DNA from: Planctomycetota bacterium
Lineage (GTDB): Bacteria; Planctomycetota; MHYJ01; WSZJ01
NCBI GenBank assembly: GCA_038060895.1
Contig: JBBTCT010000001.1
Location: 352,001 to 416,000, forward strand
Direction of reading: 5' to 3'
Length of the DNA: 64,000 nt
Shown here one piece after another: positions 1-9,701 of the stretch (position 1 is the stretch's first letter; each line of letters opens with the position of its first letter). Position numbers and translations under genes: made by a program. The notes beneath the pieces are model-generated. The model made no database searches. It was not told the DNA's origin and was given only the letters and a program-made list of their open reading frames with translations.

Positions 1-1255
<1,255 letters not shown>

Positions 1256-1531
1256 GGCTTGCTCCTGATCGGGCTGGGGCCGGATGTTTGGCGGGTGTTC
1301 GCCTTCTTTTCAACGCCCGGGACGGCGGGGAAATTCCGTCGTCCCAAGGGGTTGAGTCTATTTCTCTGGTATGTGTGGAGACAAGCAAATAGGGAGCCGG
1401 GCCGGCCCCGGGGTGGGGGCGGGCCGGTGTGCCAATACGGCGGGGACGAGGAACGAAGCGACAGGCAGCCTGGGGCTGACGAGGTGGACACGCCGCGCCG
1501 ACGGCGACCGTGCCCGGCGCCCAGTCTTGCA

Positions 1532-1580
1532 GTTTGAAGTTGTCGTTTGCTTGAGAGTTCGCGGTCTTGTAGTTGCTCTT
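1532..1580. repeat. Single-arm copy of the heptamer-periodic element at 38393-38528
   Basis: GTTTGAAGTTGTCGTTTGCTTGA (1532-1554) matches 38481-38503 at 22/23 nt. Confidence 0.7.
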
Positions 1581-1600
1581 TCCGCCGCCGCACTCGGCGG

Positions 1601-2287
1601 TCAACTCCCGCTGTTCTTCCCCGGGATGAACGGCTGGAGCCACTGCCCGAAAGCCGCGGCCTGCCGCGTCTGGAGCAGGAGCTCGCCTGGTCCGACGTAC
1701 TCCGCGACAAGCCACTCCCCTGAAGCGGCGGTGTTGAACACCCCTCCGGCGGCCTTTCGAATCGAGTACTGGATCGTGTCGCTGAAGGCGACGATGTGTC
1801 CCGTATCGACGATGTAATTCTCGCCGGCTGCGAGAGTCTTGCGGTGGATCGTGCCGAACGAGGCCACCATCGCAATCCCCTGCCCGCTCATGTGGAGCCA
1901 GAAAAGTCCGCCTGAGCTGAACGCGGCCTTGAACCCGCCCCACTTGGTATCGACCTCGATCCCCGTCGAGTTGCCGAGGTAGCAGCCGCGCTGGACAATG
2001 AGTCCGGCGCCCTGGACCGGCACGACCGCTATATCGCCGGGCATTGAAGGGGCCATCAGGATTTCGCCGGGGCCGCGGGTCGCGGTGGCGCGTGTGATGA
2101 AGAACGACTCGCCGCCGAGCATCTTGCGTCCCAGGGCTTTCAGGAACCCGCCCTCCATCTTGGCCTCGATGTCGATCGTCGGCGAGTGCCCGACCATCGC
2201 GCCGGACTCCATGCGGACCTGTTCGTTGGCGTCGAGCTGGACCTGGGCGAGGGCGTAGGCGCCCTGGTAGAGGACTGAAGCGCGCAT
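1601..2287 (-). CDS. TIGR00266/AIM24 family protein
   Basis: MRASVLYQGAYALAQVQLDANEQVRMESGAMV...GGESFF...YIVDTGHIVAF...SGEWLV..YVGPGELLLQTR; start taken at ATG 2287. Confidence 0.88.
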   Translation of the reverse strand: MRASVLYQGAYALAQVQLDANEQVRMESGAMVGHSPTIDIEAKMEGGFLKALGRKMLGGESFFITRATATRGPGEILMAPSMPGDIAVVPVQGAGLIVQRGCYLGNSTGIEVDTKWGGFKAAFSSGGLFWLHMSGQGIAMVASFGTIHRKTLAAGENYIVDTGHIVAFSDTIQYSIRKAAGGVFNTAASGEWLVAEYVGPGELLLQTRQAAAFGQWLQPFIPGKNSGS

Positions 2288-2312
2288 CGTGGGGTCTCCC
2301 GGAATGCAGTGT

Positions 2313-2380
2313 TGAGTGATGAGTACTGAGTGATGGGTAGTTTGCTGTGTGGAAGAGGCAGGAGGCAGGAAAAACGACTC
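2313..2380. repeat. Intergenic heptamer arrays (single arm)
   Basis: TGAGTGA TGAGTAC TGAGTGA TGGGTAG, then GAGGCAG x2, then AAAACGAC. Confidence 0.55.
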
Positions 2381-2475
2381 TTCAGGCCTGAACCTTGCCG
2401 GGAGTATGGTAAGGATCGCGTATCGCATTTAGAGCCTGGGTCGCCGCCTGTCCTGAAAACGCGGAGAAATTAGCT

Positions 2476-2979
2476 ATGGATTCCAGGACGCGTTGGTGGC
2501 TCGGGTTTGTTTTCCTCGCTTGCGCGGCCGAAGTCCTGGCGGACGATTGTCCGAACTGTCGCGACTCCCTGTGCGCCGAGCACGAGGCGGAGCACGCGGT
2601 CTGGGACGCGGACTTCGAGTTTTTCAAACAGGTGGCGCGGCTGCTCGGCGACTCCGGCGTCCTGGAGGCCTCCCGCGGCGTCGTCGATCTCCTGAAATCC
2701 ACTTCTTTTGACCTGCTCGAAGTCGCAGCGAACAACTGCAGCGGGATTCGGACTCACGAAGTCGCCACCGCCGTGCTCGAGGCGTATGGACGCGCCCGCG
2801 GTCTGGATCCCAAGGCCGGGAAAGTCTCGGTCGTGCTGCTCCAGGACTGGAACGCGATCACGAAATCGGACATCCGCGCTCCAAAGGGCGCCAACAAGGA
2901 AGACTTCGACCGTTTCATGGCGGCCTGCAGGGCCTGGCTCAAGGAGCACCCGGGCGATCCGGAGGGCTGGCTCAAGTAG
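2476..2979 (+). CDS. Hypothetical secreted protein with an N-terminal CxxC-x4-C-x2-H motif
   Basis: Signal-like N-terminus (WWLGFVFLACAAEVLA), then DDCPNCRDSLCAEHEAEH; codon usage typical of this window. Confidence 0.65.
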   Translation: MDSRTRWWLGFVFLACAAEVLADDCPNCRDSLCAEHEAEHAVWDADFEFFKQVARLLGDSGVLEASRGVVDLLKSTSFDLLEVAANNCSGIRTHEVATAVLEAYGRARGLDPKAGKVSVVLLQDWNAITKSDIRAPKGANKEDFDRFMAACRAWLKEHPGDPEGWLK

Positions 2980-3037
2980 CGCCCCGCGCCTGTCTTTCTC
3001 CTTGCGCCGCGGAACCCCGGGGAATAGGTTCGCCGTG

Positions 3038-3463
3038 ATGAAGCAGGTGTCGCGCACGATCGCGTTCGATTCCCACGCGCCCTTCGAGTTCGTCGACATC
3101 ACCTCCCGCGTCCGTGACGAAGTCCGCGGCGCGGGCGTGAAGACGGGGACCGTCACCATCGTTTCACGGCACACAACGGGCGGCATTGCGATCAACGAGC
3201 GCGACCCGGAGCTCCAGGCGGACATGGTCGACTGGATGAAGAAACTGTTCCCGCCGCGCGCCGGCTATCGGCATGACATCGAACCGATCGACGACCGCCT
3301 CAACGCGCACGCGCACCTCGCCTCGCTCACCCTGCGCACTTCCGAGACGCTCCTCGTCAAGGACGGCGACCTCGACCTGGGCCCGTGGCAGGCCGTCTTC
3401 TTCGTCGAATGCGATGGCTCCCGCACCCGCGAAGTCGCGCTTCTGGTCCAGGGGACCGAATGA
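3038..3463 (+). CDS. yjbQ: YjbQ/UPF0047 family protein
   Basis: FVDIT...SRHTTGGIAINE...YRHD...NAHAH...LDLGPWQAVFFVECDG; stop overlaps the next start (ATGA). Confidence 0.92.
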   Translation: MKQVSRTIAFDSHAPFEFVDITSRVRDEVRGAGVKTGTVTIVSRHTTGGIAINERDPELQADMVDWMKKLFPPRAGYRHDIEPIDDRLNAHAHLASLTLRTSETLLVKDGDLDLGPWQAVFFVECDGSRTREVALLVQGTE

Positions 3464-4746
3464 CCGCCGAAGCGGCGTGGTTCGCGGAAGGCTCGCTCGA
3501 CCTCGCGCGCTACGTCCTCGCCACGAACGTCTTCGAGACCGACCGCGAACCGCGGGAGGCCGCGGCTCACCTGGCTCAGGAACAGTCCACGGCCCAATGG
3601 AAGCGGCCCGGCGTCGACGAAGATTTCCGGCCGCGGCACGGGGCGAAGGTCGTGTCGGTGACCGTTCTTGGAGATCTCAACGGACCGTCGACGCCCACGC
3701 CCTTTGACGGCGCGGGTCCATGGAAGCGATGCGTGGCGGTCATCGCTCATCCCGTCGAGAATTTCGGCGCGAAGCTCCCGAATCTCCTCACGGTGCTGCT
3801 CGGCGAAGGCACCTTCTACTCGCCCGGAATCTCCGCGATCCGGCTCACCGACATCGCCCTCCCCGACACGTTCGCAAACCTGTTTCCCGGACCGCAATTC
3901 GGAGTCAAGGGTCTGCGGGACCTCCTCGGAGTCGAGGAGCGCCCCTTCTTCATCGGTGTCGTCAAGCCAAACGTCGGCCTTCCGCCGGCGGAGTTCGCGG
4001 CGCTCGCGGAAGAAGCCTGGAAGGGCGGGCTGGACGCGGCGAAAGACGATGAGATGCTCGCGGACGTCCCGTGGTCCCCGCTTGCGGAACGAGCGAAGCT
4101 TTGCGGCGACGCGCGGAGGCTTGCGGAAGCGGAAAGCGGCGAGAAAAAGATGTACGTCGCCAACATCACGGACGAGATCTCGAGGCTGAAGACGCTTCAT
4201 CACGACGCCGTCGCCGGGGGCGCGAACGCCGTGATGCTCAACGCGCTTCCGCTCGGCCTGCCGGCATGCCGTTTCGTGCGGGAATTCGCAACCGTCCCGC
4301 TGCTGGCTCATTTCGACATGGTGGCCGCGATGAGCCGAGCCCCGGCCGTCGGTGTCGATTCGCACGTCATGACGCTTCTCCAGCGCCTCGCAGGATTCGA
4401 CGTCATCCTCTTCCCCGGCACGGGCGCGCGGATGCGCACCACGGACGAGGAGGTGAAAGCGAACATCGAGTCCTGCCGGCGCCCGCTCGGAACGATTGCG
4501 CCGGCTCTCCCCGTGCCCGGCGGATCGAGCCGCCCCGCCGACCTGCCGGCCGCCCTGCGCCTCTGCGGCGGCACCGACTTCGGCATGGTCCCGGGCCGTG
4601 CCGTTTTCAATCACCCCGACGGGCCGCGGGCGGGGGCGAAGAGTTTCCGGCAGGCCTGGGAGGCGGTGTGCCGGGGTCGCTCGCTGGCCGAGCACGCGAT
4701 CTCGGCCGCGGAACTGGCAAAATCCCTCACGGAATTCGGGAGCTGA
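3460..4746 (+). CDS. RuBisCO-like protein (form IV, resembles the IV-Photo clade)
   Basis: EQSTAQWKRPGVDEDFR, GVVKPNVGL, KDDEML carbamate motif, VPGG, VPGRAVFNHPDG; no small subunit or PRK gene nearby. Confidence 0.92.
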   Translation: MTAEAAWFAEGSLDLARYVLATNVFETDREPREAAAHLAQEQSTAQWKRPGVDEDFRPRHGAKVVSVTVLGDLNGPSTPTPFDGAGPWKRCVAVIAHPVENFGAKLPNLLTVLLGEGTFYSPGISAIRLTDIALPDTFANLFPGPQFGVKGLRDLLGVEERPFFIGVVKPNVGLPPAEFAALAEEAWKGGLDAAKDDEMLADVPWSPLAERAKLCGDARRLAEAESGEKKMYVANITDEISRLKTLHHDAVAGGANAVMLNALPLGLPACRFVREFATVPLLAHFDMVAAMSRAPAVGVDSHVMTLLQRLAGFDVILFPGTGARMRTTDEEVKANIESCRRPLGTIAPALPVPGGSSRPADLPAALRLCGGTDFGMVPGRAVFNHPDGPRAGAKSFRQAWEAVCRGRSLAEHAISAAELAKSLTEFGS

Positions 4747-4749
4747 CGG

Positions 4750-5163
4750 ATGCCGATCAGCCACCATGTCGACCACGAACGCCGACTGGTCACCGCGACG
4801 GCGACAGGGGACGTCACTGAATCTGACATCTTCGGTTACCAGAAGAACGCCTGGTCGGACCCGAAGGTCGCCGGATACGACGAGATCGTCGACATGACCG
4901 GCGCAGCGCGCATCGTCGAGCCAAAGGCCGCCCGGATGCGCGAACTCGCCGCTCTCTCCGCCTCCATGGACCCGCCGGCAACGTCGGCCCGCTTCGGCAT
5001 CGTCGCCCCCGAGGAACTCGCCTTTCAGCTGGGCCGCATCTACGAGGCCATGCGCTGTGAGGCCGCGGGCGGCTCCGGCGGCAAGAAGGTCATGACGTTC
5101 CGGACGCTGGAGGAGGCGGAAAACTGGCTGGGCTGGGAGGGTCGTAAGCGCCGGCGACCCTGA
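4750..5163 (+). CDS. Small SpoIIAA-like (STAS/SEC14-type) hypothetical protein
   Basis: MPISHHVDHERRLVTATATG...YDEIVDMT...FRTLEEAENWLG; C-terminal motif is typical of this family. Confidence 0.65.
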   Translation: MPISHHVDHERRLVTATATGDVTESDIFGYQKNAWSDPKVAGYDEIVDMTGAARIVEPKAARMRELAALSASMDPPATSARFGIVAPEELAFQLGRIYEAMRCEAAGGSGGKKVMTFRTLEEAENWLGWEGRKRRRP

Positions 5164-5206
5164 CACTTCACGCTGCTCTACCTTCCGCATATCCTCCGCC
5201 CGAACA

Positions 5207-5231
5207 GATCCATACCTCCGCCAGCCGCGTA
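5207..5231 (+). promoter_or_regulatory. Putative SigK-type ECF promoter (GATCC-N16-CGTA)
   Basis: GATCC at 5207-5211 and CGTA at 5228-5231, directly upstream of a SigK-like ECF gene. Confidence 0.45.
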
Positions 5232-5317
5232 TCTCCGGGACCACGGTCATCTCCACAGCTGTCACCCCCACCGACCAGTCACTTCTCCTCCGCATTGCGA
5301 AGAGGGACGAGGGCGCG

Positions 5318-5806
5318 TTGTCCCAGCTTTACGACCGGTATTGCGCCGCTGCGCTGGCGACCGCCGCGCGGGTGCTGGGGGACCGTTCGGAAGCGGAGGA
5401 CGTGGTGCAGGAGGTTTTCGTGCGAGTGTGGGACCGGGCCGCGGACTACGACACTTCGCGCGGATCGGTCGCCGCGTGGATCATGAGCTCGGTCCGCAAC
5501 GCGTCGATCGACAAACTCCGCCGGAAGGATGCGTTCCACCGCGCGCTCGACGGCGCGACGGCGGAGCCTAGACCGCTGCCGGAGGAGAGTGAGTTCCCGG
5601 AAGACCTGAAGCGCGTGACCGCGGCGGTCGCGCAACTGCCGCCGGACCAGCGGCAGGCGATCGAGCTGGCCTATTTTGAAGGGCTGTCCCAATCGGAAAT
5701 TGCATCGCGCCTGAAGCAGCCGCTGGGGACGGTGAAGACGCGGATGCGTCTCGGGATGCAGAAGCTGCGCGCGGCGCTCGCCGGGTTCGAGGGAGGCGCG
5801 GCATGA
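5318..5806 (+). CDS. ECF sigma-70 factor, SigK-like (start uncertain)
   Basis: LYDRY...AEDVVQEVFVRVW...YDTSRGSVAAW...LPPDQRQAIELAYFEGLSQSEIA...PLGTVKTRMRLGMQKLR. Confidence 0.93.
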   Translation: MSQLYDRYCAAALATAARVLGDRSEAEDVVQEVFVRVWDRAADYDTSRGSVAAWIMSSVRNASIDKLRRKDAFHRALDGATAEPRPLPEESEFPEDLKRVTAAVAQLPPDQRQAIELAYFEGLSQSEIASRLKQPLGTVKTRMRLGMQKLRAALAGFEGGAA

Positions 5807-6573
5807 CTCACGACGAACTCCGCGACCTCTGTGCGATCCAGGCGATCGGCGGCCTCGACGCCGAGGAACGCGCCGCGATCGAGTCGCATCTCGAAGAATG
5901 CCCGGAGTGCCGCAGGCTTGTCGCGGCGCACTCGGAAGCGGCCGCAGGGCTCGCCGTGGCGCTTCCGCCAGTCACGCCGTCGCCGGAGCTCCGTCTCCGA
6001 ATTCAGGACGCGGTGAGCGGCCGCTCCGCATCCCCGCACCTGGTGCCCAAGGGTTCATTGCCGTTCTGGGCCCTTCCCGCCGCCACCGCCGCCACCATGA
6101 TCTTCGGGATCTTCATGGGCACGAAGTTGGAGGAGAGGAACTCGACAAGCAAGATCGCCCATGTCCGCAGCGAATTCGAGAAGCTGCGTGCTCAACTCGA
6201 CTCCATGGAAGCCGAAGCGCTGGCCGAGAAGAAGTTCATGCCGAGTGCGTCGATGGGCGAGCTGGCCGGCGTGGGCGGAGCGGCGTCGCTCGGACGGGTG
6301 TTCTGGCAAGGCGAAGAAGTCCACATCATGGCCGCGAATCTCCCCGCGCCTCCCTCGGGCAAGGGATACCAGGTGTGGGCGCTCGTCGAAGGAATGAAGC
6401 CGATGCCGGGCGCGGTGTTCATGCCGGACAAGGACGGGCTGCTCAAGGGCTCGCAGACGATTGCCGGCGTTCCGCCCGGGCAGGCGGTCAAGTTCGCCGT
6501 GACGCTTGAACCCATCGCGGGCGTCAAACAGCCGACCGGGCCGATGGTGCTGGAGCCGCCGAAGCCGAAGTAG
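5803..6573 (+). CDS. Zinc-binding anti-sigma factor, RskA-like
   Basis: HxxxCxxC (HLEECPEC), one TM helix, C-terminal LPAPPSGKGYQVW...FAVTLEP..G..QPTGP; ATGA overlap with the sigma gene. Confidence 0.9.
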   Translation: MTHDELRDLCAIQAIGGLDAEERAAIESHLEECPECRRLVAAHSEAAAGLAVALPPVTPSPELRLRIQDAVSGRSASPHLVPKGSLPFWALPAATAATMIFGIFMGTKLEERNSTSKIAHVRSEFEKLRAQLDSMEAEALAEKKFMPSASMGELAGVGGAASLGRVFWQGEEVHIMAANLPAPPSGKGYQVWALVEGMKPMPGAVFMPDKDGLLKGSQTIAGVPPGQAVKFAVTLEPIAGVKQPTGPMVLEPPKPK

Positions 6574-6581
6574 CGCTACTC

Positions 6582-6779
6582 AAGTAGCTCCACGTTGATT
6601 CTGTGCCATTCAGCCGCCGCGAATTTCGTCGTCCCGCAAGGAGGAGACCGGAACTGGAGCGGAACGGAGCTCCAGTGAGGATCGACGACGACGCGGGACG
6701 ACGACCCTTCGACTCGCTCCGCTCGCTCAGGCCGGAAAGGCGCGCGGATGGATGGCACAGAATCAACGTGGAGCTACTT
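6582..6779. mobile_element. MITE-like element with perfect 28-bp terminal inverted repeats
   Basis: AAGTAGCTCCACGTTGATTCTGTGCCAT (6582-6609) is the exact reverse complement of 6752-6779; nested internal stems. Confidence 0.75.
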
Positions 6780-8108
6780 AAGCCCGCGCAGGTACTCGCG
6801 CCACGCCAGCTCGAACTCCTCCGGCGCTTCCCCGAACGCCTCCTGGAAAGAACTCGCTTTCGCCTCTCCCGCCAGAACCGCAGCGCAGTACTTCAGGAAG
6901 CGTTCGCGGTACTTCGCGTCGCCGGCCGTCATGAAGAAGTGCGTCACGCCCGCGGCCTGGTCGTAGTGGGGTGCCATGTCCCGCTGTTCCAGGAGGACGA
7001 GCTCCGCGAGCGAAAGCACGCTTCCCTTCACGACCTTAGCCTTCGCGACCTGGAACGGTGGATGCTTCGGGTTTCCCACGAGCAGCTTCCCGTCCCGGTT
7101 CTCGACCGTCTCGAACCAGCGCGCGACGCCCTCGTAAATCCAGAAGTGCGGGTTGAGCGTCGGCTCGTTCTTCCACGTGATCCACTGGTCCAGTGCCTGG
7201 TGACAGCACTCGTGCTGGACGATGGTCGAGAGTGGTGAAGGGCCGGCTTCCTCGCGATACCAGAAGTGCGCGGCGCGGTCCTCGTTGGAATAGAAACCGA
7301 CGACGCCGGGAGAGATGCCTCCGGGATGGTGACCTCGGACGTGGGCGTCGAAGTCCTCTTTCGTCGCGAAGAGGTAGACAGGCATCGGCTTCAGGGTGGC
7401 CGGGGGTTTCAGGACGGGAGCCGTTTCGCGGACCAGCACGGCGTACATGTCTTCGGCCCAGCCGAGCACTTTCTGGGCCGCCAGAAGCGAGTGGTTGGAA
7501 CGCACGACGAACCGCCCGCCATTCACCTCCCACGCATCCGCCCATAATTTCCTCTTCTGCTCCACCTCGGCGGCCGGGAGCCACTTTCCGCCGATGGGGA
7601 GCAATCCCTGCTTCCGCTTCTCCGCCTCTGCCGTCTGGAACCAGCCCTGGCCTTCGACGAGCGCCTCCCCGAGCTGCGTGCGAGCGTCGGCGAAGTCCCG
7701 GTCGTAGTTGAGCGCGCGGCGGAAGGCGGCCTTTGCGCCGGAAGCGTCCCCTTTTTCTTTCTTTGCCTTGCCGAGGGCGAGAAGGCGCGAAGACGCCTCG
7801 TAGTCGAGGATCCGGCGCAATTCGCGGTAATCCGTGTACTTCGCGTGGCGGGCGTCGTCCCAGCTGAGCGCCCAGAGCCGACCGCCGGAATTGACCATCC
7901 GGGCGGCGAGTCCGTGCTGGGATTCCCAGCGAAGGACGTCGAGATACTCGGCGCGGGCTTCTTCGACAAGATCGTCGGCGACGCATTTGTCGGCCAGCTT
8001 GAGGTGTTCGGCGACGAGGAACGTCTTGAGGTCGCGTTCGATCTCGGCCGGGGTTGGATCGGCGGCGGCGACGGCCGCAAGGAAGAAGAAAAGGGCGATC
8101 CGGGGCAT
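6774..8108 (-). CDS. Secreted DUF1570-like gluzincin, paralogue 5 of the array
   Basis: Signal peptide, TPR-like helices, GLLPIGGKWLPA, GFY, HECCH...EGVA, C-terminal W...LK. Confidence 0.8.
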   Translation of the reverse strand: MPRIALFFFLAAVAAADPTPAEIERDLKTFLVAEHLKLADKCVADDLVEEARAEYLDVLRWESQHGLAARMVNSGGRLWALSWDDARHAKYTDYRELRRILDYEASSRLLALGKAKKEKGDASGAKAAFRRALNYDRDFADARTQLGEALVEGQGWFQTAEAEKRKQGLLPIGGKWLPAAEVEQKRKLWADAWEVNGGRFVVRSNHSLLAAQKVLGWAEDMYAVLVRETAPVLKPPATLKPMPVYLFATKEDFDAHVRGHHPGGISPGVVGFYSNEDRAAHFWYREEAGPSPLSTIVQHECCHQALDQWITWKNEPTLNPHFWIYEGVARWFETVENRDGKLLVGNPKHPPFQVAKAKVVKGSVLSLAELVLLEQRDMAPHYDQAAGVTHFFMTAGDAKYRERFLKYCAAVLAGEAKASSFQEAFGEAPEEFELAWREYLRGLK

Positions 8109-8154
8109 GGCGTCAAGCGTAACACGGGTGAATGCGCGAAGAATGGTCGGGCGC

Positions 8155-8274
8155 AGGGCGCGTGAAACAAGCGGGCGACGTCTGCGGTCGGGACTCGCGG
8201 CGCGGCGTCGAGCCTTACCGACGCCATGCCGCGAGATCCGAACGCAGACGGCGCCCGCTTGTTTCACGCGCTCT
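8155..8274. repeat. Long near-perfect intergenic hairpin (about 55-bp stem)
   Basis: AGGGCGCGTGAAACAAGCGGGCGACGTCTGCG...CGCAGACGGCGCCCGCTTGTTTCACGCGCTCT. Confidence 0.8.
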
Positions 8275-9701
8275 CACTTTTTGAATTCCATCACGTGCTC
8301 TTTCCATTCCGCTTCGAACGTCTCCGCCCCGCGCCCGAACTCCTTCTCGAACGACTTCTCGTCCGACATTCCGGTCGCCACCACCTTGAAGTACTGGATG
8401 AACGCCTCGCGGTACATTCCGCCCTTCCAGTGCAGGAAGAAATGCACGAGCCCGGCCGCCTGCTGGTACTGCTTCCCAAGCCCTTCCTGGTTGAGCGCCA
8501 CGAATTTCGCCAGAGGAGTGAACTTCCCGTCGGCCAGCTCGTCGTGTGCCAGTTTCAGGCGGATGACCGAGGTGTTTCCTGCGACGACCTTTCCGTCGCG
8601 CGACTCCGTCGATTCGAAGTACGACGCCATGCCCTCCCACGCCCAGAAGTTCGCCCGCGAGTTGATCCAGCCCACGAGCGGAATGGCCCGGCCCGCGACG
8701 GCGTGGGTGCACTCGTGAAGGACGACCTCCTCGCGCGTGAGAGCCGAACCTTCAGGAAGGACGGTGAGATGCACGCCCTCTCCGGGACTGTAGAAACCCG
8801 GTACGCCCTTGGGGGTCGTGCCCCCCTGGTGCTCGGCCTTGATGTGCGCATCGAGATCGTCGAGCGTCGCGAAATCCATGACCAGCAGCCGTTTCGTTTC
8901 CGCAGGCGCATCGACAATGCCCATGATGTCGCGCATGAACGCCGTGTGAACCCGCTCGGCAAGCACGACCACCGATCGCCCCGGGCCGAGCCCGCGGTTC
9001 GAGCGGACCGTGTAGTGCGGGCTGTGCAGCTCCCACGCATCCGCCCACACCATCCGCTGCTTGCGCACGTCCGCCGCAGGCAGCCACTCGCCGCGCAGCT
9101 CCAGCAATCCCCGGGACCGCTTCGCCGCAATCTCCTCCGTCACCCAGCCGCCGTCGTGCTTCGCCTCGCCCAGCAACTCGTGAGCCCGCTGGCAGTCCGC
9201 GTCGAGCCCGAACGCCCGCTGGCAGGCTTCCCAGCACCCGTCCCGGTCGCCCGCCTTGTCGCGCTCCGAAGCGAGATTCGCCCAGCGCCGCGCGATGTCG
9301 CCGCAGAAGGCCCGGCGCTTCTCCGACCACGCCACCCATTTGCGGTGCGTCGCCGCGTCCCAGTCGAGAACCCAGGGCTTCGGGGCCGAAGCCAGCGCCT
9401 TCGTGGCCTCCACGTTTGCCGGGTCGTCCCGTTTCACCAGTTGCCACTCGCGGATGGACTCCTCGACGAGGCCATCGGCGGAAGCGGCCCGGGCGAGCTC
9501 GGAGCGGCCGCGAATGGATTCATTCTTGAGGGAAGCGTCGTCGGCGAACGCGAAGAGCGCGAGCGACAGAACCAGGAAGAACGGCATGGCCGCAGAGGAC
9601 GCTAAGGACACAGAGAAAGTCAAGATCCCAAGCCGTGTGCCGTCCCCGAATTGCCTTTCTCTGTGTCCTCTGCGCCCTCTGCGGCTCATGCCTTTTTTCA
9701 T
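8274..9701 (-). CDS. Secreted DUF1570-like gluzincin, paralogue 4 (carries an in-frame palindromic insertion; alternative start 9587)
   Basis: HECTH...EGMA. ATG 9701 has a GGGGAG RBS and overlaps the upstream stop; ATG 9587 has no RBS. Confidence 0.8.
   Translation of the reverse strand: MKKGMSRRGRRGHRERQFGDGTRLGILTFSVSLASSAAMPFFLVLSLALFAFADDASLKNESIRGRSELARAASADGLVEESIREWQLVKRDDPANVEATKALASAPKPWVLDWDAATHRKWVAWSEKRRAFCGDIARRWANLASERDKAGDRDGCWEACQRAFGLDADCQRAHELLGEAKHDGGWVTEEIAAKRSRGLLELRGEWLPAADVRKQRMVWADAWELHSPHYTVRSNRGLGPGRSVVVLAERVHTAFMRDIMGIVDAPAETKRLLVMDFATLDDLDAHIKAEHQGGTTPKGVPGFYSPGEGVHLTVLPEGSALTREEVVLHECTHAVAGRAIPLVGWINSRANFWAWEGMASYFESTESRDGKVVAGNTSVIRLKLAHDELADGKFTPLAKFVALNQEGLGKQYQQAAGLVHFFLHWKGGMYREAFIQYFKVVATGMSDEKSFEKEFGRGAETFEAEWKEHVMEFKK
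9585..9690. mobile_element. 102-bp palindromic insertion with 9-nt-periodic arms, flanked by duplicated CATG
   Basis: Arms 9589-9619 and 9655-9685 pair at 28/31; CATG at 9585-9588 and 9687-9690. Confidence 0.75.

Noticed and set aside
1415-1436. Sigma-54 or CIRCE site upstream of clpC (TTGGCAC on the minus strand)
   Set aside because: The -12 GC is off by one with no TT, and there is no inverted partner half-site.
3460-4746. Bona fide RuBisCO and a Calvin cycle
   Set aside because: KPN in place of KPK, divergent loop 6 region, and no cbbS or prk; this fits form IV RLP.
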